Of a DNA stretch of 64,000 nt, positions 14,401 to 27,458 are shown piece after piece. The stretch covers positions 16,356,275-16,420,274 of the forward strand of contig NC_134032.1 of the NCBI RefSeq assembly GCF_964204645.1, given 5' to 3'. The position numbers were made by a program, and so were the translations under genes. Within the stretch, counting starts at the first letter, position 1. Every line of letters begins with the position of its first letter. This stretch comes from Tubulanus polymorphus. Lineage: Eukaryota > Animalia > Nemertea. The notes under the pieces were generated by a model, which saw only the letters and a list, made by a program, of their open reading frames with translations, did no database searches and was not told the origin of the DNA.

Positions 14401-16547
14401 CAATATTACAGCGAAACTGACAGCGACAATAATTGTGTCTATGAATTATCCAAATGATGACTTACACTTAGTTAATTGAATTAGAAATACAAATTGAGAC
14501 TCCAAAAATAGAGATGACTTCAGTAATGTGACGACTTATCCAAATGATGACTTACACTTAGTGAATTGAATTAGAAATACAAATTGAGACTCAAAAATAG
14601 AGATGACTTCAGTAATGTGACGACTTATCCAAATGATGACTTACACTTAGTGAATTGAATTAGAAATACAAATTGAGACCCAAAAAATAGAGATGACTTC
14701 AGTAATGTGACGACTTATCCAAATGATGACTTACACTTAGTTAATTGAACTAGAAATACAAATTGAGACTCAAAACTAGAGATGACTTCAGTAATGTGAC
14801 GACTTATCCAAATGATGACTTACACTTAGTTAATTGAACTAGAAATACAAATTGAGACTCAAAAATAGAGATGACTTCAGTAATGTGACGACTTATCCAA
14901 ATGATGACTTACACTTAGTTAATTGAACTAGAAATACAAATTGAGACTCAAAACTAGAGATGACTTCAGTAATGTGACGACTTATCCAAATGATGACTTA
15001 CACTTAGTGAATAGAATTAGAAATATAAATCGAGACTCAAAAATAGAGATGATTTCAGTAATGTAACGACTTATCCAAATGATGACTTACACTTAGTGAA
15101 TTGAATTAGAAATATAAATCGAGACTCAAAAATAGAGATGATTTCAGTAATGTAACGACTTATCCAAATGATGACTTACACTTAGTAAACTGAATTAGAA
15201 ATATAAATCGAGATCAATTGAAGTTCGTATAAAAATAAAGATTCAAAGATTAGAGATGACTCCAGTAATTGTGACTCTTACCTCGTTTTTAATTCTTTCT
15301 ATTTGTGATTGTAAGGTTTTTCGTTCATTTTCCGACGTCCTCAACGAATCCTTCATCTTATCGTTTTCTTCCTCGTATTTCGCTCTTTTCTCCTCTATAA
15401 ACTCCAACTCGTCGTGAAGACGAACCGAAACTTCTTTCGCCATCTTCAACTCTTCCTCCAGTTCAGCGATATGCAGGTGTTCATCGGTCGACTCGTATTG
15501 CGACTCCATTTTTCGGACCCGTTCCTCCAATTCGGAGCGCTCCACTTCTACCTGGTCATTACGTCGCTCCGATTTACGAAGTTTGAATTGCAAAATACGA
15601 CAATTTTTCGCCGTGGCTTCCAACTCTTTTTGCAGTTCACGAAACGCCATTGCGTCCTCCTCGTCCCGAAAGTTATCGTGCATCTCCTCCATCTCAAGAC
15701 GCACATCTTCCATCTCATTTTTCAACTCATCATTCTCATCTCTGAGAATCTCACAGATTTGTTCGGCCTCGTAATAACGCTGTTTTAATTCGCTGATATC
15801 CATTACTCGCTCGTTGTCACCGGTAACGATATCATCCTCGCCTCCCTGAGGTAGTTTCAGACGGTCCTGTAACCGGCGATTCTCCTCCTCCAGACTCTGA
15901 CGTTTCTCCTCCAGCGTCTCGTACCGATGTTTCCAATACTCCAGACGTTTCTCCAAATCTTCAACTTTACCCTCCATTTCGGTAAGTTGCGCGCGCATCT
16001 CTTTGTTTTCTTTCTCCAGACTCTCGCACCTGTCCTCCAACTCGAACAGATCGTCCTCCAACTCCTCTACGTATGTCATATCGATATCCGTCGTCTTCGA
16101 CGACCGACTGTCCGCCGAGCTGTGACGGTCCCGTCGCGTGTCCGAATCCGTGGACGCCATTCTCTCGCGACGGCTCTCGCGCTCACGTGACCGGTTATTA
16201 ACGGCCGTTTTCTGATCACCGCTCATCGTCTGCTCGTCTTGCTCAGTACTACTAGCGCCACCACTGCCACCGTTATTTTTAAACTTCGACGATTCGATGA
16301 CTATCGAACTGCGCAAATCGAGTCCGATATCCGTACCGGAAGTAGTAGATGGTGATGCTATTGATTTGTCCGATGAACCGGAAACAGAAGTTCCCTGTTT
16401 ACGGGCGACGAAGCTCTTAACACCGGCGCCAGCATCTTTTTTACTTACCGCTCCAGAACTGCTCTTATCCGCTTCTACTAAACTATACTTATCCGATTTA
16501 TCACTGATAGATCTGTGAGGAGTTGATAATTTCTGAACGGATGGGGC

Positions 16548-16579
<32 letters not shown>

Positions 16580-18221
16580 ATGCTGCTGCTGATGATGGTA
16601 TTTTACTGGACGCATTTTGACGGTGCATTCGTTCCTGTAACGATGAACTTACTGCGGTAGTTGCGGTTGTAGTTGTCTGGTTAGTTTTATCCACAGGTCG
16701 TCCTTCCCCATCCGTCTCTGCAGTTACCTGTTCATATCTACCTGTAGTTGTCTTATCCTTCGTGTTGCCGCTGCTGCTGCTGCTACTGCTGCTGGTACTG
16801 CTGGTACTACCGCTTCTATTGCTGACATCAGACAGTTTGTTTACATCACATTTAACATTATCCCTTACTGCTGAACTGCTGTTCGTGTTAATACGCTTAG
16901 AATCAGCTGATGAACCTGCTAGCACTTCACGCGTCCCTCCCGAGCCGCTCGTAGCGCCACCTGTTTGACCAGTACAAGTCGCTTTACCTTTAGTCCCCAC
17001 GTTCACATTATCGGGTAGTTTACGCATTTTACTATCGGTACCTATCGATGACGAGGAGTCAGTTTTAACTGCACCTACCCCAGCAGCGCGGAGAGACGAA
17101 CTACCACTCTCACAACCAGTCGGAAGAGATTCTCGTTTTTTATTGTTTTCCGTAGATCCAGATGTTGATTGGTTATTTCTGCTGTTTTTGCTGCTAGCAG
17201 TGGCGTCTTGTGGGGTAGTTCTCCTAGCCGAGCTCACCGGAGGAACATTGTTATACCTTCTCGATGGCGAATCGTTCTGTTTTGTTTGTTGTCTAAACGC
17301 CACCGGAATGTTCACCTTCTTTTTCTGTTGCGGATCACGTGACCCGCCGGCGACCCTCGTATCGCGCGCTTCCGGTACAGAATCTAACGAATGACGTCGT
17401 TTCGTTGTCGAGTCGGTTTTCGTTTTACCGTCCACCACCACGTGATCGGTGACGTGCACCGAATGTCGCCTCTCTGCGGCGCTATCAGCAGTAGTAGAAT
17501 AACCTCCAGACGATAAGTTTGATGATAAAACCGACCGTTTATCAGTGCATGCTTTTAAGCGAGTAGAAACAGCGGTGTAGTCGTCCGCAGCCCGTGTTTT
17601 ACTCTTATCTCTATCCGAATGAAGAGAATATCGACTCGATCTCACCGGTTCTCCACTGGTTATGTCGGTGGTGGTGTCGACAGTTGGTGCTGCACCGACG
17701 CTTTCATCTGAAGCGGAATTCTTTCCGGTGAAAGCCGCTTTATCAAACGGATACGAACTATTTTTGTTGTCTTTTTCACCCGCACTGACTCCACTGACCT
17801 TGCCTTTCAACCCACCGGTGGTTACTCGGTGCACATCAGCCTCACCTGCCGCTGCCTGCTCAACTCCTGACGTCATCGCGCTCGTGTTTCCATTGTTATC
17901 TTTTTCGACGGTTCGATCGGTCACGTGATGACTATCGCCGACTAATGATGTTACGTCGCTCGAGGCGCCGCCTGCCGGTGGATCGGTACGAGTATCCGCG
18001 TTTTCCGGTTGACGTTTCATCCGGGACTGTAGCCGTCTGTTCAGTTTACCCTCATCCTCGTCTCGGCTCGGAGGAGACCGGTCGGCGATGCCTTCGGTTT
18101 TATCCGATGGATGTTCAGATTTCAAACGGAAGCAATGTCGACACCGACCTTTCCTCCAGGCCTGGGGGTCGAACCCCGGACAAACGAGGTCCTCGCTTTC
18201 ACAGTCACTTTTATGACTCAT
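55..18221 (-). CDS. SOGA/MTCL1-family large coiled-coil protein, multi-exon, 3'-incomplete. Exons read as 18221-15282, 12234-12112, 11120-10904, 10004-9850, 8052-7506, 7051-6857, 6682-6466, 5989-5821, 5729-5592, 2582-2457, 1468-1283, 948-838, 304-55; continues past the left edge
   Basis: The 992-aa ORF contains FRELQKELEATAKNCRILQFKLRKSERR and ELKMAKEVSVRLHDELE, typical of SOGA domains. Downstream coiled-coil ORF pieces are bounded by AG/GT with continuous frame. N-terminus has CPGFDPQAWRKGRCRHCFRLKSEH followed by a long Ser/Thr-rich low-complexity region. Confidence 0.82.
465..738 (+). mobile_element. tRNA-headed SINE with a CORE/Meta-like central domain and an L2-type 3' tail
   Basis: A box TGGCTTAGTGG, B box GTTCGAACC, central GTGTCCTTAGGCAAGACATTAA, 3' end GCGCTTTGAGCATT..GGAAAGGCGCTATATAAG followed by (TAT)n. 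A similar tail fragment lies at about 5430-5490. Confidence 0.75.
1920..2395. repeat. Intronic minisatellite, 40-43 bp unit (ATAGATGGTACCATGGCATTTAGACAGTACCAATGTTACT and a variant)
   Basis: About 11 directly visible tandem copies. Confidence 0.95.
2601..5411. repeat. Intronic minisatellite, 40 bp unit (ATCTGAGAGACAYCAGTGYGAGATGAGATGAGCYAGGTCTAGCCAGATAT), about 70 copies
   Basis: Direct tandem repetition with a few biallelic positions (CAT/CAC, GTG/GCG, TCT/TTC). Confidence 0.97.
6046..6184. mobile_element. MITE family A copy (GGGCC-type TIR); a degenerate second copy follows to about 6300
   Basis: Internal GTTGTTAGATTGGTTATAGAACTA shared with copies at 7241, 41622 and 61843; ends GACTATGGAACTGGGCCC. 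Confidence 0.65.
7241..7414. mobile_element. MITE family A copy
   Basis: TIR GGGCCGGTTCCATAGT / ACTATGGAACCGGCCC. Confidence 0.75.
8145..9816. repeat. Intronic minisatellite, 20 bp unit CTATGAGATAGTGGGA(G/T)ATA built from 10 bp subunits
   Basis: Direct tandem repetition over about 1.7 kb. Confidence 0.97.
10243..10465 (+). mobile_element. tRNA-derived element with TTAGGG tail, copy A
   Basis: GTCACC-rich leader, TGGTCTAGTGG A box, GGC anticodon loop, GCAGGTTCGCATCCTGC T arm, then TAGGGTTAGGGTTA twice. Confidence 0.75.
13709..13977 (+). mobile_element. tRNA-derived element with TTAGGG tail, copy B (T arm plus telomeric unit triplicated)
   Basis: Same leader and head; GGTTCGAGTCCTGCTAGGGTTAGGGTTACGGC occurs three times. 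Confidence 0.75.
14446..15215. repeat. Intronic tandem repeat, about 90 bp unit, about 8.5 copies
   Basis: TTATCCAAATGATGACTTACACTTAG...AGAGATGACTTCAGTAATGTGACGAC repeated. Confidence 0.95.
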
Positions 18222-19669
18222 AACTATTCACGCTGTGACGCGACGCTAACCGTTTCCGTAAAGTTAGAGACAAACTATCGAACTGTAAAATAAATTCAAA
18301 ATAGCTGCCAGGCAGCCAGTCCGCTGTAACTACGCAATGAATACAGTACGTACGAACGTTTAAATCGTGATTGTTGTTAAACGTTTACGTGAAATCAATC
18401 CGTGAGTTTGCGCAGTACGCGTACTGTATCGGAGAGACGACTGGGAGTAGAGGAGGGAGAGAGAGAGAGGGAGAGAGAGAGAGAGGGAGAGAGGGAGGGA
18501 GAGGGAGAGAGAGGCTAATCCGCCCGATGAAATCCGGGCTACGTGCTGATATATAGTACTGGTGTGCGTACGCGCTAGTATTTAGAAAGAATGCGTTCGC
18601 GCAGATAAATTCCCAGGTGCGAGAGACAAGTGAGTGAAATATATGCTCACAATAGATAACAACAAATTATTACGATTTAGGTATCCACACTTGATCCACC
18701 CGCGATCCGCTGATCCACAGACGATCGATTTCTTCGATAACTTTTCTATTTATAAAACCGATGATATTCACGTGAATGGTTCAAAGTATAGACAGGTAAA
18801 AACTAACAATCAAACAGTGACGGATGAAATATATCTACAGCGCATCAACACGAACCTGATATTTCATCATTTATAAGTCGTAAACTTGATCCGGTGATTT
18901 CTACAAATGTCGTCTTATTTCGCACCACTGACGGTCTGTATGGGCAGAAACCGAATAAGGCGTAAATTCTCTTCATACAGAAATCATACGAACGAATACA
19001 ACGTTGCTGTCAAGTTATGAAGAAAATATTTCCAAAATCTTCGCTTAGTTGTTCTTCCAGGTCCAGAATTAATATCATCGCCGCAAGAAACTTATACTGA
19101 AATCCGCGCACCAGCCGCCCACGTGATCAGCACGTGACCGTCGTCAGCGGTCGCCTGGTTCGGGACGAGGAGAGGACGCGACACGTCGAACCGCGCCCGA
19201 GTTTAAACTGCAAATAGATGAATACAACAGCGAATAAATAAGCGAGTTTCTCACACACCTAACCCACAACCATCACCACACACTTCATCCCAAACTATCA
19301 CCTAAAACATGTCAATATCATACTAACAGTAACTATCTCTTACATGCCAAGACTTAATCACGTGTGATCACTCTATCTGAACCTGTTAGTGTAGTACTGT
19401 ATTTCAGTCGAGTCAGAAGAGAAAAAAAACTGGCGTTAACTTCGTCTTATCGGTGAGAATTTTTATATTCATCATCAGAAGAAGGGGTAGAAATTATTTA
19501 ATCTTTGTTTGTAAGATAAACAGATATCAGTTCAGTCTTTCCTGCAGCGGCGGCAGCGGCAGCAGCAGCAACAGCGGCAGCGGCGGCGGTGGCGGTGGCG
19601 AGTAGACCATAGAATGATATCTATAAGTTATAAATAAGTTTTATGATAATAAGTTTTATACAGGCATTA

Positions 19670-19783
19670 GACCAGTCACCATACTGACCAGAAAAACTAA
19701 CGACGTCAGTCACTACTGGTTTATGGTCTAGTGGTTAGCACGCTCGCCTGGCATGCTGGATGTAGCGAGTTCGAGTCCCGCAG
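19670..19783 (+). mobile_element. tRNA-derived element copy C (3'-truncated, no telomeric tail)
   Basis: CAGTCACTACTGGTTTATGGTCTAGTGGTTAGCACGCTCGCCTGGCATGCTGG...GTTCGAGTCCCGC. Confidence 0.7.
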
Positions 19784-20066
19784 GTCATCTCCGATTTATG
19801 GCTATCTGGCCGGTTCCCTTCAATTATTCCTCATTCCTTATTTTTTCGAAAAGATATTTCAAAAACTATTTAGAATTTTTTTTTAAATTTGATGTTGAAA
19901 CTAAGAAGATATTTAGATAATTGGGTGCTTATAAAAATTAAATTCTAATTTCATATTCATAATCCAATTTTACCAACACAATTATCAAGCAGCTCTTCTT
20001 TCATAAAATCAATCACGTGTTAATAATAATCAGTATAATTCTTCAATGTTAATGTAGTTTATGTTG

Positions 20067-20092
20067 GCTGGTGCTGCTGCTGCTGGTGCTGG

Positions 20093-20181
<89 letters not shown>

Positions 20182-20234
20182 ATGCTGCTGCTGATGCTGC
20201 TGCTGCTGATGCTGGTGGTGCTGGTACTGCTGGT
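20067..20234. repeat. (CTG)n microsatellite
   Basis: Long near-perfect GCT run; source of the poly-S/A/L ORFs. Confidence 0.97.
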
Positions 20235-20451
20235 AGATTCTGTGTGGAGGAATGCTAGTTGCAGATAGACACGCAATGTTTTACTGATGTAAATCAGAGC
20301 GTGATTCAGTCCAGAGTAAAAATAGACTCGACGAGATATATATAATTTCTAGCAGGGAGAGATGGTTTCTCAATATCTCGAACGCGGGGTAAAACTGCAG
20401 CCCGGGATACACAGTTCGATAGAGATCTGTAAAAACTGAGTCTAGAGCATT

Positions 20452-21230
20452 GTGGAACCGGGTTCACAATTGTGGAAATGGAACCAGAAGTGTAAACTTG
20501 CTCTAGGACTGAGGAATTGGGTCCAGAAGATTGTGGAACTGGGTTCAGAACTGTGGAACTGGGTTCAGTACTGTGGAACTGGGTTCAGTACCTGTGGAAC
20601 TGGGTTCAGATCTGTGCAACTGGGTTCAGTACTGTGGAACTGGGTTCAGAACTGTGGAACTGGGTTCAGAACTGTGGAACTGGGTTCATTACTCAGGAAC
20701 TGGGTTCAGTACTGTGGAACTGGGCTCAGTACTGTGGAACTGGGTTCAGTACTGTGGAACTGGGTTCAGTACTCAGGAACTGGGTTCAGTACTGTAGAAC
20801 TGGGCTCAGTACTGTGGAACTGGGTTCAGAACTGTGGAACTGGGTTCAGTACTCAGGAACTGGGTTCAGTACTGTAGAACTGGGCTCAGTACTGTGGAAC
20901 TGGGTTCAGTACTGTGGAACTGGGTTCAGTACTGTGGAACTGGGTTCAGTACTCAGGAACTGGGTTCAGTACTGTAGAACTGGGCTCAGTACTGTGGAAC
21001 TGGGTTCAGTACTGTGGAACTGGGTTCAGTACTGTAGAACTGGGCTCAGTACTGTGGAACTGGGTTCAGTACTGTGGAACTGGGTTCAGTACTCAGGAAC
21101 TGGGTTCAGTACTGTAGAACTGGGCTCAGTACTGTGGAACTGGGTTCAGAACTGTGGAACTGGGTTCATTACTCAGGAACTGGGTTCAGTACTGTGGAAC
21201 TGCATCCAGAAGATTGTGGAACTGGGTCCA
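20452..21230. repeat. Minisatellite, 20 bp unit ACTGTGGAACTGGGTTCAGT
   Basis: Direct tandem repetition; the unit matches the TIR end of the MITE at 61273-61386. Confidence 0.95.
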
Positions 21231-21699
21231 GAAATTTACTCCCAGACCGAGGAACTGGGTCTGGGAGTTCGGAATTTGGTTCAAGGATGTCGGAGTTGAA
21301 TGTATGAAATCTATCTTTAGATAGAGAGTCAATAATCGATAAGTCTACAACAGAAACACAACTAAAACAAAATTCATCCTCGAGAATATCGTGAAATATG
21401 TGTATTTTATGATGTATGTGAGTAAATGATCGAATGCTATTGAAGGATCTATGTTTGTTTGAAATGGATCTGTGTTTGAACGCCGGCAGTGCGGTGTCCT
21501 CCCCTCCCCCTCTCCCTCCCCCCTCTCCCCCTCCCTCATAAACCAGTCCCGCTAGTCAGTGAAATCCCGGTGCTTTAGTATTTTGAAGTACTGAACGCTT
21601 TTTAGCTCTCAACACGCATTAAGTGCTCTCATTTAAAATCGCTACACAACAGTTACCACTGCTGAGCCTGTTTCCCACCATATATTTCAAAATAACCAG

Positions 21700-21826
21700 G
21701 GGCCAGTTGCTCAAAAGTTGGTTACAGTTAACCAGTGGATAGTTGACATAGTGACTATTGAAATATCATTGTTGCTATAGTATTTATCCGCCGGTTATCT
21801 TTAACCAACTTTTGAGCAACTGGCCC
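21700..21826. mobile_element. MITE family B, PIF/Harbinger-like
   Basis: Perfect 25 bp TIR GGGCCAGTTGCTCAAAAGTTGGTTA flanked by CAG on both sides. A related copy lies at about 58913-59044. Confidence 0.8.
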
Positions 21827-22332
21827 CAGAACTCCATTCTTATCATCGAATGGAATTTTTCCAAAACGAAATTGCCAGTAAGTTGAGAATATTCAACGAC
21901 GTTCCGGGGAATCCCCGAGGATTCCCGGGAAAGCGGGCGCCATCTGTAGCGTAAACTGCGTACCAAGAGAAATAGTACGACGATAGAAGCCTAAAGTTCC
22001 TGGAAAAAATGGCTGACTCAATTTGCCCACTATGACGTCATCACTTCGAGATCGTTATCGATATATACATATAAGACATTTAATGACGGTGGCGTAGGGA
22101 GTTGAAAATATACACTTACCTAAATAGACAGGTGTGACGTGTGGTGCGCGCGCAGTCGGTATCTGTCTACTACAGGTATCTCATAGCTGCCCTGGTTATA
22201 TAACTATATTCATGCATCATCATAACACATTTACCACTGACTGACTGATTGCAACGGCTGGTGTAAAAATATAGTATCAATATGTTTAACACTAGTGTTA
22301 ATAGATTCCAGTTCACATTTCATATTAATACG

Positions 22333-22537
22333 AGGTTTAAGCTACCGTTGATGTGTTGCAGGGGTTTCAGGTACCGTTGATGTGTTGCAGGGGTTTCCGG
22401 TACCGTTGAGATGTTGCAGGGGTTTAAGCTACCGTTGATGTGTTGCAGGGGTTTCAGGTACCATTGATGTGTTGCAGGGGTTTCAGGTACCGTTGATGTG
22501 TTGCAGGGGTTTCAGGTACCGTTGAGATGTTGCAGGA
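22333..22537. repeat. Tandem repeat, 29 bp unit GGGGTTTCAGGTACCGTTGATGTGTTGCA
   Basis: About 7 copies visible. Confidence 0.93.
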
Positions 22538-23337
22538 GTATCTTTTCAAATAGAAAGTCCAGGATGAAATACTAATGCTTGACAGATTTTGAGAAGCGGC
22601 TTCAATTCTTCTCAACCAGAAAATCAATCAGCTCAATTAAAGGAAGATCAAGACGCATTTTTTTGATACGAAATATATTTCTATGAATTTTCACGTTAAA
22701 TGATATTAAAATCGTTTATATATAAGTGATATATTCATAAATATCAATTCAATAAAATTCAGCAGTTTTTTAGTTATTGTTCAGTTTAACGATGAGATAG
22801 ACAGCCGCAATGTTACTGTGGCAGGTGAGGATAACCGCCGCCTTCTGTGTGGAAGGTTCAGTAAATGATGTAAACCAACAATAGACTGAGTGGTAATTAC
22901 GCCATCTGGTGGCATAGACTGGCTGGTAATCACGCCATCTGGTGGCATATCGGTATATTCCATTTAATTTTGATGCGTACCTATTTCAAACTAAGACGGC
23001 ATTTTGAATCACGCGAGATTTGAAAGGATTCGATGCGAGAAGATACGAGATTTGGGCGCGGCGGAACGTTTTGGAAACCGCATTCTACCAGTATCTCGTG
23101 GGATCCAAAATGGCTGTCGTTTGAAGCATAAAATGGTGGAATTACACTTGTATTAAGTAGATACATTTTTCGTCGTTGATGAATAAATCAATATCAATAT
23201 AATTGAATGAACGATCAAACATATTTAGGTCCTTATATACAAATATCAATTTGAATAAAGGCTTATCGAGACTAACTATCAATCACGCCATCTAGTGACA
23301 GTTAAGTACAGTTAATTCTACAGACAGGAAACGGATG

Positions 23338-26300
23338 TTATAATTCATCTTTCACTCGTTTATGAGCAGAATTCAACACATCCGCGACCGCTTTCAGTTT
23401 AGTGGAGTCCAGTTCAACGATCTCTTCGCGTGTCAGATATCCCTGTTTAGATGGATCGATTAGTTTAAACACGGCTTGACCTTTCATTGGTAAACGAGTC
23501 TGGAAATAGACACAGAGAAAACTGATGCTTTGAACAGAGAATTGACTTGGAGTTAAACTCATTAAAAAACTTGAAGTCAACACTTTCTAACAACTGTCGG
23601 AATGGATCCCGGGAACCAAGTCGTAGAGGGACAAGGAGCCAAGAAGGGTTAAGTGTTGACCGCTGGATTCATGGTCCACCATAGTCATACTGCTGTTTCA
23701 ATTGTCACTTCATTTGTCAGTTTTATCCACCGGTTAACTGTGGAACTGGCTGTAGAACTAGGTCCACAACTATGGTAATAAATCCAGAACTATGCAACTG
23801 GATGTAGAAATATTTGCAAAGAGTGGAAACTAGATCCATTGTGGAACTGGCTGTAGAACTAGGTCCAGAACTGTGTGGAACTAGATCAATCTTGATTTAG
23901 AACTGTGGAACTGGCCCTGAAACTGTGGAACTGGATGTAGAGTATATCTTACCGTAGCCATGACTGTTTTGTAAACAGCGTTGAATCTTTCGAAGTAAAG
24001 TTTATTATCTTTTCTCAAAAGCGATAATAAATGATGTCTTAAACTTTCCGCGTTCAAACGAATATTCGACAATTGCTTAAAATAGAATAAAGATATCATT
24101 TATAATAGGCTCGCGTTAATGTGCGGAATTTTCTCATATATTTGGCAGAAATTGTTCATTAATTTAAGCTTGGTTTTTATTAATATCTGCGCTAGAACCA
24201 GCTTTAAATACTGAGATATCGTGTTATTTATTATCATTATCATAGTTATTATTACATTATTACTGATTAGATATGATTATTATTGCTAAATATCCTTGGC
24301 TCTATCAAGCTAAGGATGTAAACAGCTTGATATCAATTGATAACATCTATGTGAAAAAAGAAAACATTAAGCCCTGCAAAATATTTGAATGACTACGATG
24401 AGAAAAGAATGGAACCGTTGATTGTTTCATGGATTATTATTTTGAACTGATTGCTGAGGATTTTATGAAATGGAATTAATGTTTAATATAGATTTTAAAT
24501 GAAAAAAGTTGCAATACTCGCATGCCACAGAAAGAACATCGATTTGTGTGAAATCTCGACCGTCTAGTGCTGCCCCTATACATATCGTTGACGGTGAATC
24601 CGTGAACTAACTGATTAATCGCATGCCACAGTGGGAATTTTACACTTTCAAGTAAGTTCACCGATTCACCGGTAATGTATTGCATAGGGGCAGCACCGGA
24701 CGGTAAAAATCTTAGATTCTCTATTGAGGTTCGGATATTTTCCATAAATAAATTCTGCTGCAGTTTTCCATGTATTTTCGATAAAATCCTAACCACAACA
24801 CACATCAAAAGTTCATAATAAAATAAATCACTAACCTTCGTTCCAGCGACGTTCGTCCAGAAGAACGAAGCCTCGCTCAGTGAAACTGACTGCTTTAATT
24901 CCTCAGCTTTACAATCGTCGAAACTGGTTTCATCTATAGGCGCCCAGTGTAACGCGTATGAGACACTGCGTCCGTACGATCGCACCTGATGCAGTACACC
25001 TACAGTCATTACAAACACGTGTGTTAGCAAACAGGGTGCAGATATGTGACATGAACCCTGGTCGCAAAGAGCAATCCTCCCTCCCCAGTTCCCCGATTGC
25101 GAGTTCAAAATGAGGTCTTAAAGTTAGAATTTAGTTCGTTTCCGATGAGTTAAACCCGAGCCAAATCTGAACTCAGAAATGTGGATTCTACATCAGCTGT
25201 ACAGGAGGGTTACAGAGAGGGGGGGAGAGAGAAAGATTTACCTGCTGGTATGAATACACAGTCGCCTTTTCTAATCGATGTGTAAACCCAGGGAACATCA
25301 GCGATATCGGCTTGTTTGAACATGTTCACCATTTCCAAATCGAGAGTCGAATATCCTGATCCAGATTTTGGACTCTATGAAAAAAAAACATTGAATAGTT
25401 TATAAGCCTGATTGGGTCGTGAGTAGGCCTATACAGACATTTTCCCCGACAACATTTCTGAATTTTTAGCTTGAGCTCTTCTAAAACTTCATGGGTTCGT
25501 TAAGGGCCAGAAACAACTGACTCTTTTTCCGAGGAGAGCAAACAACTTACTCTTTCTTTCATGTGGAATTTGTCTTTATAAATCGGGTCGATGAAAATGA
25601 TGTCTTTCCTGCCATCGATAATGCAGTGTAAATCATGGTCTGCGTGATAGTGAACTGTGGATGAGGTTCCACCGCTACTCATCCACAGTTCCGCTTCCAT
25701 CAGATGTTTCTTCATCGAACTGCACTGCAACATTTTTGGAAGCTGGAAATAAAATGCGGGGATGAAATAAAGCGTGACAGGGGGTAGGGTGTAGGCTGAA
25801 AGCAAGGCAGGCTCTGCCGAGCAGAGGTTCAGAGATGCATCAATTACCCGTAATTCGTTTATCATCGGCTGCGGAACTAAACTCGATAAATACCAATCTT
25901 CATATTTATATTCCTTGAGAAATTTACTCAATTTCATTTTCTGTACCCTGAAACCGGGCTGCCTTAACAAAACCATTTCCTTTTTCATCGTCACCTCGAT
26001 ATCCAGGCTTCCATAACTGCAAAACTCAGTAAATTAGTTTATTCGATTTAATAGTGGAGTTTGAGGGTGATCCATGCAGCTCCAAAGGATATCTAATACA
26101 AGGCTGTCGATATTAAACAGCTGCTTTCAAACACAGATTTACATTGTCTGAAACAAACGACAGGAATAGAATAATGAACTCTGCGCACACTCAGAGCTCT
26201 CTCTGTCCGAGCTGCTGCTGTTAATGTGTAACAGATGTTCGGGGACTGAGAGTCTCTCAGTAATCTGTATGTTTTATATATACATATTAAACACTGGTAA

Positions 26301-27427
26301 TTTGATTAACGGATCTAAAAATATCAAATTTATCAAACAGTTTTAACACGTGTGGATCATGGCTCCTAATTCCACCTGATGATGTCTGTCAGTCAACAGC
26401 CGAAACGTTGTGGTTTCAACATAGTACATTTTATCATATAAAATTCGGATGGGATTATCTGCTCCTAAGTTATTTGATTGACTATATCGAGTTGTGGATT
26501 GGCTATAGAACTAAAGCGAGTTTAGACTTAGTGGTCTTAAGTTTTGTTGGATTGATCATACGTCAACTTGGCCTAATTGCATCCGGTTCCTAATTTCCCG
26601 ATGAAAAATTAAATGAAACAAAGACTGTACTTCTCTTTCAGATATCGGTCAGTCCATAACTCTGTAAGATTAGTGACATCTTTCTTCTCTTTTAAAACGC
26701 CTCGAAACGAAGCGGCCAAATTGTGTTTGACGAATTTATGCCAGAAATCGCTAGGCGAATATTCCGTCGACGATTCGGATATTTTCCCATCTGGTTTTCT
26801 TTGATAGCCTAAAAATCAAAATTTCATAGATTAATTCTTCAACTTTGGTTAGAAAATAATCTCAACTGTTCAGGGATATTTTAAAGGGGTGAAGTGGACC
26901 TCTGTGTCATACTTGAAACCGTATCCGTCGAGCCCCGAAGGCAAGACGACGAGCATTTCTGATGATATTTCTGAATTCTTGAAATTGCTTGATTTTTCAT
27001 ATATAGCCTTAATTTATGGAAATCGAGGCTTAAGACTGAGACCTGGACCTTAAGCTATACATTAAAATGTTAAGATTGGTTATAAGAAGCTGTTGTAATC
27101 AGCAGAGACTGATAGAGCGGGTGTTGTTAGTGAATAGAGTCACCACACCTGACTGATCACCAGTCACTGACCAGAAAAACTTACAAACTCAGCGAGTAAC
27201 TACCGGTCTATGGTCTAGTGGTTAGCATGCTCGGCTTGAATGCTAGAGGTAGCAGGTTCGAGTCATGCTATGGTTAGTATTAAAATTGTAGGTCACCTAG
27301 GGTTAGGGTTATGGCGAATCTAGGGTTAGGGTTATTGTAAATCAAGGATTGGGGCTGATTCTAATTTTTGGGCCTTCGCAACGTTGTTATAGTTTCTTTA
27401 TACACAATTTGTTTTGTGATATTTTTC

Positions 27428-27458
<31 letters not shown>

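Noticed and set aside
15414-18293. Plus-strand ORFs overlapping the SOGA-like exon
   Set aside because: Antisense shadows of a long coding exon with no recognisable motifs.
20049-21307. Poly-A/L/S ORFs and VELGSVLWNW-repeat ORFs
   Set aside because: Translations of the CTG microsatellite and the 20 bp minisatellite in several frames.
24476-24835. C-terminal extension of the 210 aa ORF
   Set aside because: Read-through past the JmjC exon donor at 24835 into intronic repeat sequence.
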